A stretch of DNA of 64,000 nt from the human T2T-CHM13v2.0 reference genome, Homo sapiens: NCBI RefSeq assembly GCF_009914755.1, contig NC_060947.1; one strand, 5' to 3'. Both the position numbers and the translations under genes were made by a program. Every line of letters starts with the position of its first letter. Position 1 is the stretch's first letter. Under the pieces are notes generated by a model. That model was given only the letters and a program-made list of their open reading frames with translations. It ran no database searches and was not told where the DNA came from. Shown here one piece after another: positions 34,923 to 59,055 of the stretch.

Positions 34923-35374
34923 TCATGTGAGTTGGGGGATAGGCGGGGGCCAGGGCTGGGTGGGTGAGTGCTGTGACATTCTTTCCTCTATTCAAGTTCC
35001 TAACCAACCACCCCTCTGGAACTCACCCCAGAATCGCAGGGATTTCTAGAGACTTTTGAAAATCACAACTGAGAATAGAACTCGAGCCTCAGTTTCCACT
35101 TCATCCCAAGTGAAAATGAAGTAAAACATAGCACATGGCAGGCTCCCCGCAGAGCAGGGCTGAATCGGGATGGGAGCTGGGAAATGGGGCACACTGCCCC
35201 TTTGCTTGATGGGTCTTTCAGGAAACAGAGGCTGCAACATTCTAGTTTCTGTATAAAGCCGGGACGCACACATTGTATTCCTTTACTTAACAAACACCTG
35301 TCTATTGAGGAGTTATTCAATATAGGGTACCATCTTCAAGGTCCACAGTTTTACAGTTGGATTTCCCCCCGACC

Positions 35375-37721
<2,347 letters not shown>

Positions 37722-38754
37722 TCACGCAAGAAGGATTTTCGTTACTCTCAGATAATTTCCACGTACATCTGCTGCTTGGTTTTACTTTTTTCTCACGATT
37801 GTTTTTTTTTTTTTCCTGGTGTTTTCTGGGGCCAAATTCAACTGCTTAGCACCATTTCTGGAGCTTTCCTCTTTGCACAAAGGACGTTCCCCTGGCATAA
37901 GACGCAGGTGCAGAGACAGAGAGACAGAGCTCCTCAATTACGGTTTGACAGATATTCCCAACCAGCCTTCTGGCCTCCCGGTACCTGGGGCATCTTAGTA
38001 GACACTCGCGCTGCAAAGATCTTGCTTGCATTCATTAAACACGACTGCTAATAACGTCGAGAGAATGCTTTGCAGCCTCGAACGGTGAGCGCCTGATCTC
38101 CCTTCAAGACCTCATTAATCTTCTGATGTCCTCACGGCTCCGCGCCAGGTTACCTTTAAAAGGACAGCATTTGATGAAGGCAGAGATAAATTCTGTAGCC
38201 TGTACGGACGCCAATGGTGCCCTGAGACAGGCGGAGAGAGGTGGTTTGTCTTCACTGTCCCTTTGATAAAGATAAAGTGGGATATGCGATTTATTGCCGT
38301 CCTGCAGCCACAGCCCACGCCATGGAAATCAAATGCTTTTTAGAAAGTGGTCTTTTAGTGATCTGATTATTCAGCCCTGTGGCCATAGCTAATGGTTGTC
38401 CACCCCAAAATCCATCCCTCCTCTTCCCACCGTGAACACAAAGTTAGACTTTTCTCAGTTTTGGTTGGGATTGTTTAAGTACTTGAGTTTCAGGAAACAG
38501 GAATGGCAGGTGCGCCTTTTGGATTTGAGCCTCAGAACAGAATCTCGCATACTATCTCGTGCTGGCCAGCAGGGACCCTGGAAGATCCAGCTCTGAACAG
38601 GAAGAAAATGAGAAGGCCACAGGGGCCTCTGGAGCAGCCTGGGTCCCTGAGTGACTGTGTGGAGCAGAGCATCTGGTACTATGGAGAGCTCCTGTGGGGC
38701 TGTTGTGAGAAACAGAAGGAAATAAACTGATAATACAGGGGTCTTTTTTCATTT

Positions 38755-39062
<308 letters not shown>

Positions 39063-39497
39063 CAAGACTCTGGGTGTCTTTGTTACAGTTGTCCAGCATT
39101 GCTCTAACTGACAAGCCCCATTCTTGCGATCTATGGGAATGGAAACACAGGTCTTTTGACCCAAGGGCTTTCAGTATGTGAGGTAGAGAAATGTTTTATT
39201 TTTCTGCACCCACCAATATGGTGGAGTCTTGGCCAACTACGGAGGTAGGTGGGAAATGCCTGGCTGGAGTGCACCAGAGTTTGGCGAGAAGAAGCTTCTG
39301 GAAGTGTTTAACTCTGGCTGTATGGTGACCTCACTGTTCCCTGTGGGGCCCACTCTGGTGGAAGGGCACAGGGGTGAGTGGGGTGTCAGCCTCAAGACCT
39401 AAAGACCTGCGTGAGGCCAGCGAAAACCAAACATCGCATAAAATAAGGTGAAGCTGGCTAGGTCAAGTGGCTCGTGTCTGTAATCCCAGCACTTTGA

Positions 39498-40554
<1,057 letters not shown>

Positions 40555-40727
40555 CCTATTATCTTTCCAGGGCCTGAGACAGAGGACAGTTTTTCATCTT
40601 CACAGTCAGAGTGAATCCTGTTTCCTCATGACCTTTCATCCTCCATCCAGTCCATATCCCCATCTAGCAGCCGCCATGTTTCATTTGCCCATTAGGATAT
40701 TTGACTGGTGGGTGGTGCAGGATTTTA

Positions 40728-41312
<585 letters not shown>

Positions 41313-41907
41313 TTAAAAAGTGTTAAAAGACTTGATAAATGGCGCTTGGACCGTTTTGCACGCGTTATACATTCTGAAAGTAGGATGCCCGTGGTAAATT
41401 CCAAACAGTGATCTTTGGTATAATGTCATTTTTAAGAAGCTCACTTGCCTCCGGACTGTGAATTATTGAGCTGTGAATATTGCAGGAGGGATTATTTCCC
41501 ATAAATCGCGGACCGCTGCAAATGCTTCATAATCAGAATATGTCAAATGTTGCACAACCGGGAACCAAGTTGGTTTACAACTTCCTGCCAGAATGAAGAA
41601 CAGGACGGGTTGGCGCGTGACGGCGAACGGAAAAATGTCCTGTTTCCCTGTCCCAACTCCATAAGCACCGGCCATAATCACGCTCATATAAACGAAGCCA
41701 TTAGAGGCGGTTGACATTTTCATATTTTCATCTGTGACTGGAACGTCCGGCTCAACAATAATAAAAAAATTAAGGGAACTTACAGGAAGCTTTGCTTGCA
41801 ACAGCTCAGATGCATGAAGCAGCCGTCACTCTCTGAAGGGTGGTGTTGCAGAAAAGGCAGACAAGTGAGGTGTTCCCCTGGCCGGCAGGTACACGGGAGC
41901 ATTTTGA

Positions 41908-43690
<1,783 letters not shown>

Positions 43691-43714
43691 GAAGCTACTT
43701 TTATATATGAAGTA

Positions 43715-44052
43715 AGCATTTAAATCGGTAGATGCTGGTAAAATAATAATTAAAAAAACCTTCATAGTGTGTGGGCGTCGTCTAATCAGTTGAAGGTCTT
43801 AAGAGGAAAAAATAATGGGAGTCTCCTAAGGAACAAGGAATTCTGCCTCCAGATGCAACATTAGCCCTTTGCTGATCTGTGGGCACTGGGTCCAACCTGT
43901 AGCGTTTGAAGTTGCATCTCCACAATCCTGTAAAAGCCAATTCATTAAAATAAATCTCTCTCTCTGTCTCTGTCTCTCTCTCTCTCTTTTTCTGTGTCTC
44001 TCCCTTTCCATATTCCGTTGGTTCTGTTCCTCTAGATAACGCTGACATATAC
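43715..44052 (+). mobile_element. MLT2-type LTR remainder
   Basis: CTAATCAGTTGAAGGTCTTAAGAG..GCCAATTCATTAAAATAAATCTCTC..TTGGTTCTGTTCCTCTAGA. Confidence 0.7.
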
Positions 44053-44087
44053 ACTCTGTGTGTCTTCCCTTTCATCCTCATCGCCTT

Positions 44088-44601
44088 TGTGAAAGGAAAG
44101 GAAATCTCAGGACCCCCAAATTACTAAGCCAAAGAGAAAAGTCAAACTGGGAACTTTGTCCCACAGACCTGCCTTCCATTCTCTTTGTAAATAAGATGTT
44201 ACCAAGATCAAAAAGCTACATACCTCCCTCACCATTGGCCCACAAGGAAATTCCTTGTGGAGGGAGGACAAGTGACGATCCCTGTAAATTATGCATTTAG
44301 CCAAAGGCTAATCAGAAACTCAAAAGAATGCAACCATTGGTCTCTTATCTGCCTGTAACCTGGAAGACTCCTCCTGGCTTCGAGTTATTCTGACTTTCCA
44401 GACTGAACCCACGCACGTCTCACACATATTGATTGATGTCTCACGTCTCCCTGAAATGTATAAAACCAAGCTGTGCCCTGACCATCTTGGGCACCTGTCA
44501 TCAGGACCTCCTGAGGCTGTGTCACGGGCGCACGTCCTCAACCTTGGCAAAGTAAACTTGTCAAATGGGTTGGGACCTGTCTCAGATATTTTGGGCTCAC
44601 C
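44088..44601 (+). mobile_element. Solo ERV1 LTR, MER4A1-like
   Basis: TGTGAAAGGAAA..ACTAAGCCAAAGAGAAAAGTCAA..AAATGTATAAAACCAAGCTG..CTCAGATATTTTGGGCTCAC, with a 4-bp TSD CCTT at 44084-44087 and 44602-44605. Confidence 0.8.
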
Positions 44602-45009
44602 CCTTCCAAGCAGAAGGAAAGGAGGCTGCCTTTGGGTCATGTTGTTTCCCAAAATGTCCTGTCTGTGGCTGTTGTCCAGGGGAGGCAAGGTTGACTCTCT
44701 CGTTCAGCTCCCGATCTTCGATGTAGAGAGGGGACGGGGTGCAGTGTGGGTTCCCACCTGCAGCAGCTCTGAAGTATGTGACTGAGCTCCTGACCTCAGG
44801 GACAGTGACCCCTGCCCCCAACAGGTGGTGTTATAACCCCACCCCTCAGTGCCCCTGTGATCCTGCCCAGCCCTAGCCAAGGAAGGCGTGTCCCCCTACA
44901 AGGAGTGGGTGGTGGGGGCTGCTCAGATGGAAAGCAGGAAAGATGTTCCCCAGAACCTATGGAGGTGGAGGGCATACACAGCCCATGAGCGGTAGCTACC
45001 CGGCTCAAC

Positions 45010-45715
<706 letters not shown>

Positions 45716-46142
45716 GATGGAAAACAAAACACACTCATCCACAGACCCTCCCTCCCAAACCATGGCACCCACGTGGCGTGGCACACTTTGGGGTCCCATG
45801 TCCATCAGGGTGATCACAGGCATCACAAAGCTCAGGCCCATGGGAAGATAAACCTTTCCAGATTCCTGCAGTCAGGCAGCGCTGGTTGTTCCTGAATGTC
45901 ATAGAGTCAGGGACAAAATCAATGTCAGCGGAATCACGTGTGGGTCTTAGGGAGAGGGATGAATATCTAAATCCTCCTATAAATCCCCTTTTCCTTAGAG
46001 AATCTGCTCATTTCATCAGGAAGTCATTGTTAATTTTATTTTCTATTTTGTGTAATTCTTTTTATTTTTTTTAAACTATTTGCCACTCAGGGGACACGAC
46101 GCACATCTCGTTTATCTTCAAGTCACTAACTTCATGCAATAA

Positions 46143-46510
<368 letters not shown>

Positions 46511-46539
46511 GAAACCAGTTTTGATAATCCTGTCAAACT

Positions 46540-46760
46540 TTCCTGTTTTGTTCTGCTGTGATTTACTACCAGGAACTGGGTAATTTATAAAGACAGACAT
46601 TTATTTTCTCACAGTTCTGGAGGCTGGGAAGTCCAAGACCAAGGCACCATCATCTGGTGAGGAACTTCTTGCTGTGTCAGCCCATGGAGAAAGAGCAAAG
46701 AGCGGAGAAAGAGAGAGACAGAGACAGAGGCAGAGAGAGAGAAAGGAAGAGGGGGCCAAA
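46540..46760 (-). mobile_element. MST LTR fragment, an inverted copy of part of the element at 47415-47829
   Basis: Near-identical reverse complement of ~47627-47800. Confidence 0.82.
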
Positions 46761-47414
46761 TTCCATCCTGGGTGATGAGTAAGAATCTGTCTCTAAAAAA
46801 TAAAAGAAAAACAACATCACAAACTGGTTTCCAGGCTGGAAACCAGTTTTACAGCTCTGTTAAAAGAGATGAGAAATGCTGAGTGGTAGATGCAACCTGA
46901 TTTCTGGGGTCATTGATGTTCAACTCCCTTGGGCGTCATTTCTAAGCCAAAATTATAGGACAGGATGCTCTGAGATTAGACCTCTTTATCTCTTCTCCTC
47001 ACCTCAACCTCAAGCCTCCCAAATTCCAGAGCTCTATCAGAACACAATGAATATAAAAGTATCCTAGGAACTGAGAAGCGAGAAGAAGGGGAAAGATGAT
47101 GACATCATGGGAGGAATGGAAGAAAAAGGGGTGAGTCATTCCCTTGAGTTTCTTGGGAAACAGTCAATGCAGGGAGAAATAACACTGAGTTGGAGGTGGC
47201 TGCTGGCTCAGGGAACTGCATGAAAGCCAGTGAGCATCATGTGGTTTATAAGTAAATGAGCAATTTCTGCCTCACCGTGCAGAACATAGAGAAACCCCTC
47301 CTGAGAATGTAAAGACAAAAACTCATATTATTTGCAATATGTCATGGACATGGAGCAATACAAATCTCTGATTGCACCATAGATGTTACGATTGACTTCC
47401 AGGGTTTGCAAGAG

Positions 47415-47829
47415 CTATGGTTTGCGTATTTCTCCCCTCTCAAATGCATGTTGAAATGTAATTGCTATTGCAACAGTGTTGAGAGGTGAGACGTTTAAGA
47501 GGCCATCAGTCCATGAGGGCTCTGCTGTCGTGAATGGTTTAATGCTGTTATGGAAAGAGTGAGTTCCCTGTGAGAGAATGAGTTTGAGCCCCTCTCGCTC
47601 TCTTTCTCTCTTTCTAAAAGAATAAGTTTGGCCCCCTCTTGCTGTCTCTCTCTCTCCTCTCTTTGCTTTTTCTCCATGGGCTGACACAGCAAGAAGGTCC
47701 TCACCAGATGATGGTGCCTTGGTCTTGGACTTCCCAGACTCCAGAACAGTGAGAAAATAAATGTCTCTTCTTTATAAATTACCCAGTTCCTGGTAGTCTG
47801 TTATGGCAGCAAAAAACAGACTAAGACAG
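47415..47829 (+). mobile_element. MST-type MaLR LTR
   Basis: GCTATGGTTTG..CATGTTGAAAT..TTTATAAATTACCCAG..AAACAGACTAAGACA. Confidence 0.85.
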
Positions 47830-48499
47830 GAAGGGCTAGCAAGGGCTTGTGGTGTTTGAGAATATTTCATTTTGAAGAGGAGACACTTCAGCACACAGGA
47901 GACAGCACAAGCATGTAAGACCAGGTCTCCCCCAGCAGCCCCTGACCTCAAACTTGGAAAGTGGTGTGAGCAGACAAAAAGAAGGCAACATGATATTGGC
48001 CTCAGACAATTCCCAAAACAATTTAGGGCACAGGCTTGAATCTGCACCCTGAAAAGTGTCTATAGGAAAGTACTGATGGTGCATGGAAGACAGAAAATTT
48101 GAAAATATAAAGAATCAGAGGACAAGAAAGAGAATTGTGAGCAAAAATTTACAAAGAAAGATGGCAGATGAAAGTAAATGCAGGCATGGATTTCAGAGAG
48201 GGTTGGCTAGGTTGCCCCTGGAGTGACAGAGCCATTTGGAATAATATGGTAGCTTTCTCTATGCTTTTCTTTTTCCAAGAGAAAGTACAAACATAAAGTA
48301 CTAGTGTTTAGGGAGAGGAAATAAATATATGAAAGAAAAAAAAATCAGAGGCAAAGACTTTAAGGAAAGAGAGTGATTCTAGAACAAACAGGGTCAAGCC
48401 TAATGTTTAGAGATAACCATTGCAAAGAACCATTGGAGTAAGCCATGGGTGGATCTCTCTCTCTCTCTTTAAACAACATTCATTTAATTAATTAGTTCA

Positions 48500-49742
<1,243 letters not shown>

Positions 49743-49852
49743 CTGGCTGACGTTTTCTATGCAGCTTAGAATGGGTGAAAAATGGCCAGAAGAGAAACTC
49801 ATTTCCCCAAGGAAAGGAAAAATGGGGGAGAGCTTAGACATTAAAAGTGGGT

Positions 49853-50175
<323 letters not shown>

Positions 50176-50559
50176 CTATCCTCAGAGAAAGAGAGAGGGG
50201 GGCATGAGTCAGGTGACCAAGTTCCTCTGCATGGGAGAACCTTTCCTAAGGAGGAATTGTCTGTCTTAGTCTGTTCTGTGCTGCTACAACTGACTACCAG
50301 GGACTGGGTAATTTATAAGGAACAGAAATGTATTTGCTCATAGTTCTGGAGGCTGGGAAGTCCAAGAACAAGACACACTTCCTGATGAGTGACAGGAAGG
50401 AGTGACCTGAGACCAAGGCTTGTCCTTCTGGTTGTCGGTGACAGCCAGCACCTGGTCCGTGTTGGGGCATCAACCATCAAGGAAAAGTTCTTGGTGCAGC
50501 TCCAACACCCCAGTTCTGATTTCCACGTTTCTTTTTACACAGCGGTGCAGAGGAATGAA

Positions 50560-51150
50560 TTATTAGCGTGAGGTGTCTCAGAGAGAACATGTGGGAACGT
50601 TGTAAAAAGAAAACCCTCGTTCCTTTCTTTCTTGAGATATAAATGCAGTCAGATCCGAGGTGCTGGAAACCAGCATTCATTTGCAGCCGAATTCTCAGCA
50701 TCGACTAATGATATTCCGCAAATGGCTGGAGACTTCCAGGAACATGTGTTTCGAATTGCAGAACCATGAAAGAGTTTTGTTGGCACTCATAAATAATGAA
50801 TTTTTTTTTTCCTAGACCCTACTGACCAGGCCCACATGTTGGGTCAGGGCGGTCAGCGTGCGGGTGCCCCCGGGTGCTGTGACTGGTGGCATGGATCAGG
50901 GAGAAATGAGAAAGAAAACGGGGAATGAGGGAATGGGACTCTGTGTGTGCAGAAGAGTCTGTTCAATTGTCTTCAGCTAATGGCAAAGCAAATGGCATTT
51001 ATGGGCCTAATTTACGGAGCATACATGGCAGGAAAGGTGAGGTAAATCATCTTAATATTAAGATTTATGTCTTGTGTGCTAAGGACTAATTTCCATAAGG
51101 CATTTACAAAAGCCATCTTGTCCTTGGAGAATGTGGTAAATCGGTTCCTC
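50560..51150. promoter_or_regulatory. Candidate conserved non-coding element / SHOX downstream enhancer
   Basis: Repeat-free island with TAATGG (50978), TTTATGG (50998), TTTACGG (51011) and GTAAATCA (51042). It lies about 48 kb past exon 6b. Conservation was not tested. Confidence 0.55.
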
Positions 51151-51184
51151 AACAGGCCTCTGACCCAGCAGCCTACAAGTATTT

Positions 51185-51436
51185 TTTCCCTTATTTTCCC
51201 TCTTCTATTTTCTTTCTTTTTCTCTTTCCTCTTCCCTCTCCCCCTTCCCTTCCTTCCTCTCCCTCCCTTCCTTTCTTTGTTCCTTTCATCCTTCCTTTCC
51301 TTCCTTCGTTTTCTCCCTTCCTTTCTTACTTCCTCCCCTCCTTTATTCCATTTTCCTCCCTCAGTTCCTCCCTCCTTCCCTTCCGTTTTTCCTACCTTCA
51401 TTCCTCCATTTTCCTTCCTTCCTCCCTCCCTCCCTC

Positions 51437-51481
<45 letters not shown>

Positions 51482-51694
51482 TTCCTTCCTTTCTTCCTTC
51501 CTTCCTTTCTTTCTTCCTTTCTTTCTTCTTTTCTTTCTTTCTTCCTTCCTCCCTCCCTTTCTTTTCTTTCTTTCTTTCTTTGTTTGTTTTCTTTCTTTCT
51601 TTCTTTGTTTTCTTTCTTTCCTTCCTTTCTTTCTTTCTCTTTCTTTTTTCTTTCTTTCTTTCTGTCTGTCTGTCTCTCTCTCTTTCTCTCTTTC
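51185..51694. repeat. CT-rich (CTTT/CCTT)n tract
   Basis: About 500 bp of pyrimidines. Confidence 0.95.
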
Positions 51695-52941
<1,247 letters not shown>

Positions 52942-52984
52942 TCAGTGACTCACACGTGCTTAATGACAATTTTACCCTCTGCGT

Positions 52985-53750
52985 TTGCTTCTGCAGTTGT
53001 AACAAAGGACAACGTTAAAACAACAGGAATTTATTCTCTCCCAGTCCTGGAGACCAGGAGTTTGAGATCAAGGGGTCTCAGGACCATGCTTCCTCTGGAG
53101 GCTCTAGGGGAGGGTCCTTCCTGCCTCTCCCAGCTTCTGGGGGCTCCAGGCATCCCTGGGTTTGTGGCCGCCTCTCTGCAGTCTCTGCCTCCATCTCCAC
53201 GTGGCCTCCTCTGTGTCTGTGTCTCCTCTTTGTCTCTTATGGGGTCACCCCTCATTGGATTTAGAGTCCAACTCCAATGCAAGACGATTTCATTTTGAGA
53301 TCCTTCCCTTAATCACATCTGCAAAGACCCTATTTCCAAATGAGGTCCTATTCACGGATTCTAAGGTTTAGGACCTGGACATGTCTTTGGGGGATCCCCA
53401 TTCAACCCACTGCAATTTGGTCTGGTTCCTTTTAGAAGCTCTAGGGGAGGATCCTTCCTGCCTCTTCGAGCTCCTGGGGGCTCCAGGTGTCCCTGTGTTT
53501 GTGGCCGCATCACTCCAGTCTCTGCTTCTGTCTCCACGAGGCCGTCTCCTCTGTGTCTGTGTCTTCCCTGCTGTCTCTTAGAAGGACACCTGTCACTGGG
53601 TTTACGGACTGCCCAAATATACCAGGATGATCTCTGCATCTGAAGATCTTTCATCTGCAAAGACTTTGCCATATAAGACGGAATTCACAGGTTGCCAGGG
53701 TTAGGAAGTGAACATTTTTGAAGAGGTGGGCCATGCCTTAGCCTACCACA
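52985..53750 (-). mobile_element. Two tandem MLT1-type LTR segments closely related to 9255-10545
   Basis: GAGGCTCTAGGGGAGGGTCCTTCCTGCCTCTCCCAGCT.CTGGGGGCTCCAGG at ~53098 and a similar copy at ~53436. Confidence 0.78.
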
Positions 53751-54079
53751 TCCACCTCTGGTTCATGGTGCCTGTTAGCTCTGTCCACCAGGGATTCCTG
53801 GGGAAACTCAGTCCCCATCTCCATAAATCTCCTGCAGGCTGCTTGTGCAGAAACCCCCTCAGCTCAGCAAGCTGATCAGGTCTGCACTAGGGACTTTTGT
53901 CCTACAGCTCTGAGGAGCTGCTTCAAACACATTCTCACCTCTCTTTGCCTCTTCTCCCTCTGAAGTCTGTATAGTTTTTGTTCCTCAGGTTCCATTCAGG
54001 AGAACTTGGAAGAAACCAAAAATATAAAGACACATAGAGACATGTTTCACCCAAAGGAGCTACACCTTCTCTTCTTTTT

Positions 54080-55260
<1,181 letters not shown>

Positions 55261-55599
55261 CTCCCAGAAGTCAACTTTTTTGTTGATTTACCCCCGATTT
55301 CTGACACAGCCTGAGGGAGGACTCTTGGATTTAAGGATGGTTAAATGGTTTTGCTTTTAATGTGTTCCTGGAGTCTTGGGGAACTGCTCTGCCCTGACAT
55401 TCCAGGTCCTACCACACGCAGTTTTACACTTCAGTCTCTCTATCTCTGTTTGTGGACATATAATCTACTAATCATAACAGTTTTATTTCATCTCTGTCCA
55501 ATCCATGTCTCTTCTAATTTTATTTTTATCCAGGTGTTAACAAACAGCACAGTGGTTCTTAGAAGTGGTACTAGCTAGGCACCACACCTTGTCATCAAT

Positions 55600-56000
55600 C
55601 TACAATGAACAACCTTAAACTCTTCACCATTAAATAGAAAGTGGGCTATAGATTTTTGATATACACTCTTTATCAATTGAAGAAAAATTATTTTGTTCCT
55701 ACTTCTGTAAGAGCTCTTTTTAATTGTGTTTGCATTTTATCAAATGTTTTCCGTGTTCATCTTTGATGTGGTGAAATGCATGAGAAAATTGGTGTTGAAC
55801 TATCCTTGCATTCCTAACATAAACCCAACTTGGGTGTTTTCACCCTACGTATTTGTGGATGTGGTTTGCTCATATCTTATTGGGAGGATGTGCATTCATG
55901 TTTAGAAACCAAGGCTTCCTTGCACTTTGCTTTTCTTATGCTGTCCTTGTTGAGTTGTATGAGAATTACTTTTTATTTTCTATACTCTGAAGGAGGGTGT
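55600..56000 (-). mobile_element. Old L1M internal fragment
   Basis: TTCACCATTAA..CTCTTTATCAA.TTGAAGAA..CCTTGCATTCC..ATAAACCCAACTTGG. Confidence 0.55.
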
Positions 56001-56303
56001 AAGAGTTTGATTATTTTTCTTATGCATTAAGTCATGAATGAAACCATTTGAGCTTGCTGATAAGCCCATCATGTTATCTACATCTTTATGCCTCGTGTGG
56101 TAACTTATTTGCTTCCCTAGCCTTACAAGGACATTGTGATTGGATATTAAATTTTCTTCTGTTTCTTTTTGGGTGGGAAAATGTAGCTAGGACAAAAGAG
56201 GCCTTGAATCACCTGTAAGATTCTCACAGATTTTGGTCAGGTGGTGTATCAGTTTTTGCTAGATATTTGATGTGTTTTAAAAGATTTTTTAAAACTACAT
56301 TTT

Positions 56304-56929
<626 letters not shown>

Positions 56930-57895
56930 CTACTTACATTGTGTTTGTTTCTCTGCGTTTTGAATGGGGGGAGGGGCAGCAGATGGAAATTTACTGATAG
57001 ACTCACTCTCTGTAGATGCCTGTTTTGTTCTTTGACAAATGAGAGCCCTCCAGAGGAGCATACAGGAAAATTAGTTCATTCAAAATCTGAGAGTGGCTTT
57101 TGGAATCTTTTCTTGGCCATCCCCACATGAAAATCCAAATATGAGAATGAGGGACTGTGCCCAGCCTATGTGACGTTTGGGGAGTATTTTGTAGCACTGG
57201 CTGTCTCTCCTCTTTTTAGGGGGTACAAGCCTGGGCCACACCCAGAAAATTGGCCAAACGGAGTCCTGAGAAGAGATGCCACCGTCAGAATGAAGGTTAT
57301 GTTAGAGGGGAAGCCAGCTTACATTTGGGGCACAGCCCTACCCTAATTGGTATATCCCTTCTACATGGTTGAGTTGGTAGAAAATGGTGCCCTAAATACA
57401 AATTTACTTTGCTTCTCTGGGATGAAGGAATGGGTGAGAAAGGTCTAGTTTCCAGTAGTTGGCCAAAAAAAACCCATGAGCTTGAAAAAATAAAATTGTT
57501 CTGGACTTAAAAGAGGGCAGAGGGATCATTGGATGAGTGCGTGCAGCAGTGAAAGTGAGCATTCCCTGTTATCAGAGCCACGCTGATTCAATTAAGGAGC
57601 AAATCGAGCCTGCAAGAAGAAAGGATCATTTGTTATGCTGTTTACACATTACAGGGTACCCAGGGACTACTTATTTAGCAGGCATAAAACCAGCAGGCAC
57701 TATGCATAAACTGTGATGATTGCAGTGTCTCCAAGCAGACAGGGATTAATTGATTTCTAACGGAATCTGCGTGGGACTCTTGAGTTTGGCTCTCTGAAGG
57801 GGCACCCGTCCCAAGTCCTGCACACATCAGCAAATTAAATCAAATACACCTTCCCTACAGCTCATTCAATGCTTTGAGTTTTAGAACAGGAATGA

Positions 57896-58412
<517 letters not shown>

Positions 58413-58454
58413 AGACAGAGAGAGATAGAGATAGAGCTAGATAGAGATAGAGCA

Positions 58455-58547
58455 AAAGCACCCTCACAGAAACCTTCAGAATAACATGTCACCATGTATC
58501 TGGGTGCCGTGGCCCAGCCAAGTAGACGCATAAAACAAACAATCCCA
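58455..58547 (-). mobile_element. MLT2 LTR terminal fragment
   Basis: ATCTGGGTGCCGTGGCCCAGCCAAGTAGACGCATAAAA. Confidence 0.65.
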
Positions 58548-58549
58548 CG

Positions 58550-59055
58550 AGGGTTCCTTCCCTCATCCCTGGAAGGGCTGAGAGCTCCTCCCTCATAAAC
58601 CAAGGGATCCTCCCTCCTCCCTGGATGGGCTGAGAGCTCCTCCCTCATAAACCAAGGGATCCTTCCCTCCTCCCTGGATGGACTGAGAGCTCCTCCCTCA
58701 TAAACCAAGGGATCCTCCCTCCTCCCTGAATGGGCTGAGAGCTCCTCCCTCATAAACCAAGGGATCCTCCCTCCTCCCTGGATGGGCTGAGAGCTCCTCC
58801 CTCATAAACCAATGGATCCTCCCTCCTCCCTGGATGGACTGAGAGCTCCTCCCTCATAAACCAAGGGATCCTCCCTCCTCCCTGGATGGGCTGAGAGCTC
58901 CTCCCTCATAAACCAAGGGATCCTCCATCCTCCCTGGATGGACTAAGAGCTCCTCTCTCATCAACCAAGGGATCCTCCCTCCTCCCTGGGAGGACCCAGA
59001 GCTCCTCCCTCATAAACCAAGGGATCCTCCCTCATGTCCAGAGGGCTCCTCCCTG
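58550..59055 (+). repeat. 52-bp minisatellite, about 9.5 copies
   Basis: Unit GAGCTCCTCCCTCATAAACCAAGGGATCCTCCCTCCTCCCTGGATGGGCTGA, starting at 58582, 58634 and onward. Confidence 0.95.
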
